DNA of 62,963 bases, counting the filler, from Basidiobolus ranarum (Eukaryota), in the NCBI GenBank assembly GCA_040143965.1. It is 10 parts of 10 records of this genome, joined end to end, with 100 filler letters (N's around TTAATTAATTAA, not from the genome) between each part and the next. Parts side by side here need not be neighbours in the genome. Positions count along the whole stretch, not along the records: positions 56,777 to 62,963 come from JASJQH010008258.1; 9 more parts are not named here. One strand, given 5' to 3'. The position numbers were made by a program, and so were the translations under genes. The notes under the pieces were generated by a model that made no database searches, was not told the DNA's origin, and saw nothing but the letters and a program-made list of their open reading frames with translations. Positions 60,785 through 62,963 of this stretch are shown here, piece after piece; within the stretch, counting starts at the first letter, position 1; every line of letters starts with the position of its first letter.

Positions 60785-61980
60785 ATGAATACTAAACGTA
60801 GTCCTTCTAGACTTTCAAGCTCAAACCAGACTTTCGTTTCCTCTCCTACTTCTCCAACTCCACCTACAAACGAACAATTTCAACAAAAATATATCACTAA
60901 ATGGAGTCCAACTGATGTCAGTTCGTTTATTCTGGGAATAAACGATATACCAGTTGAAAAAGGCAAAGAATTATCGGATTTTATATTGAAAAAGGATATT
61001 GACGGTAAAAAACTATTACGCACTAAACCGGAAGACTTACGTAAAGCCGGAATTAATATAAAGTGGTGTCGTATTGCGATGGAAGCTTTGGAAGCGGAAA
61101 AGAAAAAAAGAGGTGAGTTTCTAATGGTTTATATAGTACTTTTCTTTCTCGTATGTAACTGTTGCTATTGCTCATATTAGTTTTGGCAAAAGCCGCCCGC
61201 TCACAAAGTCGTGCTGGTGCTCACTCACCTATTGGAAGTGCCTCGCTATGTAGTGAGGATGATACTCGGTCTATCTTTTCAGAATGTGATAATGAGGTTG
61301 GTCTTATGAGTTATGAGCCTGTGGAGGCAATTCATACATTAGACGTACCGAATAGCACCTCAAATCCTTCACAATTGACACCAGTCCTACCTGACCCGTT
61401 GTTAACTCCATATGCGCACTTACCTGACCATTTCTCTGAAATAATCGAGAAAGCCATTCAAGAGAAATTAGAATGGCAAAGAACGGAGTTCAACCAACTG
61501 ATAAATGAACGTCTCATAGAGCAAAAAACTTCATTGGAAACTATATTACATACATCTACCCACAAGGAGCATGATGCTCTACACGAGAAACTACATCAAA
61601 GCTTTGAGGAGCATCAACACTGTATGAAGACGACGATGCAGCAACAGATGTCAGATTACGAACAAATCTTACGCGAGCAAACAGAAGATACGCTGGAGTC
61701 CCAGAAGTTTGTACTGGAGAGGATTATAGCTTGTAAAGTGGAAGAATTAAAGGGTTTGGTCAGTAAAGAGAGTAAACATAATGGAATGGATAAATGGGAA
61801 GAGGTCGTAACTACCATAGAAAATTGGAAATTGGAGATTCAAGAGCTAAAGAAAGGTTTATTAGAGGGAAAGGAAAATTCAAATGGGCCCGTAATTTGGT
61901 CAAGGTATCTCGGGTTCTTCCTGAGCGGTTTGGCTACTGGCTCTATACTTGGCATGCTTTTTTTCAAATATTCTCGGTGA
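60785..61980 (+). CDS. SAM-like domain, coiled coil and C-terminal TM protein, 2 exons
   Basis: Exons 60785-61112 and 61181-61980 (GTGAGT...TTAG, phase 1). KWSPTDVSSFI...DIDGKKLL...EDLRKAGI; C-terminal YLGFFLSGLATGSILGMLFF-KYSR. Confidence 0.8.
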
Positions 61981-62706
61981 ACAATAACTCATAACACTCT
62001 TTGACTTCTCAATCATCTTTTGGCATTATTATCTCTTGCAATCTAAACATGGATTATCTACTTCTTTTCATACCATATCTCATTGATCACCAACACCAGA
62101 CAATGTACTCGCAACCCATTCTTGTTACATGAGCTTAGCTTCTACTCTATTACTATCCTCAAATTTGAGTGTGATTCTTCATGTTTCAATAGAAATTACA
62201 AGGGAATCGAGCCATCAAGAGCAATAAATGTTGAGATAATACCCGAATCCAAACTAGACAATCAAATTACACACAACGTCAACATCGGTATTTCCCGAAA
62301 ATACAGTAGAACACATTTATTTATTATTATCTTTTGAAATTTTACTCCCCTTCAAAATACATTATCAACTCCTTATATCTTTTCAACAATTGACTTCATG
62401 TGCTTTATGTTAGTGGATGTCTGTTAAATCACCTAGTAATTATCCTAGATAACAGTACTAGAAATACCTCCAACACCTGTAGTATCTCTGCCAGTAAGAG
62501 ACAAAGCTTCAACACATTGTTCTCAAGCCTCTAACTGGAGAGATAAAAATTGGTGTACCTAAAGCCCTCAGAATCCACCTGTTTACATGTATATGTATAC
62601 GCCCAAGAATGTACTAACAGGCCGCCACAGTATAAACTAGTAAATGTCTCCAAACTCTACTAGAGTCTCCAATAAGAAATAATGATGGGATGAAATGAAA
62701 CACCAA

Positions 62707-62963
62707 GGTAGTGAAGTGTGGAAGGTATACACAAGCATCTATTGATACTCGATAGGGTAAGCGCTAGAACGTTTCAGAAGGGCAACAGACCACTAGGCCG
62801 ATATTCTTTTTCACTCATAGTATCAAGTAACGCAATCAAGATCCCAGCAATCAATCAGATGCTCACTAGTTACTTGCCTAAACGAACCCCCATTCAACAA
62901 CATGAGATCAATGATCCTCTGGCTACAGCAAGCAGTGAGCAACAAATAAGCAGATAGTATGGA
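62707..62963 (+). repeat. Dispersed ~255-bp repeat, copy 2
   Basis: Matches 57801-58056; the contig ends where the microsatellite tail would begin. Confidence 0.9.

Overview
Eukaryotic, fungal-like nuclear DNA with short GT-AG introns and Ty1/Copia relics. An early-diverging fungus is plausible, but that is inference only. The window is not one locus: it is ten contigs of about 6.2 kb (6222 down to 6187 bp, in strictly decreasing length) joined by nine artificial 100-bp N44-TTAATTAATTAA-N44 linkers, so nothing should be inferred across linkers. Recognisable genes: formin, bestrophin/UPF0187 channel, Mrc1/claspin-like protein, ATP sulfurylase (5' end), M28 aminopeptidase, HAD hydrolase, RasGEF, glycogen debranching enzyme, MFS transporter, secreted Shewanella-like metallophosphatase, EngB-type GTPase, DJ-1/PfpI protein and a fasciclin protein. 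Best candidate for an undescribed system: a cluster of six small membrane-protein genes or pseudogenes carrying multiple PPxY/LPxY motifs (candidate Rsp5/NEDD4 adaptors), including a duplicated divergent gene pair with reciprocal pseudogenisation. Also notable: an intron-containing AAA-ATPase plus PD-(D/E)XK nuclease gene frameshifted at Walker B, a cox3 mitochondrial fragment, near-total CpG loss in the Copia contig, a SAM/coiled-coil/tail-anchor protein and a His/Cys-rich orphan. All calls come from reading motifs by eye; no searches were run.
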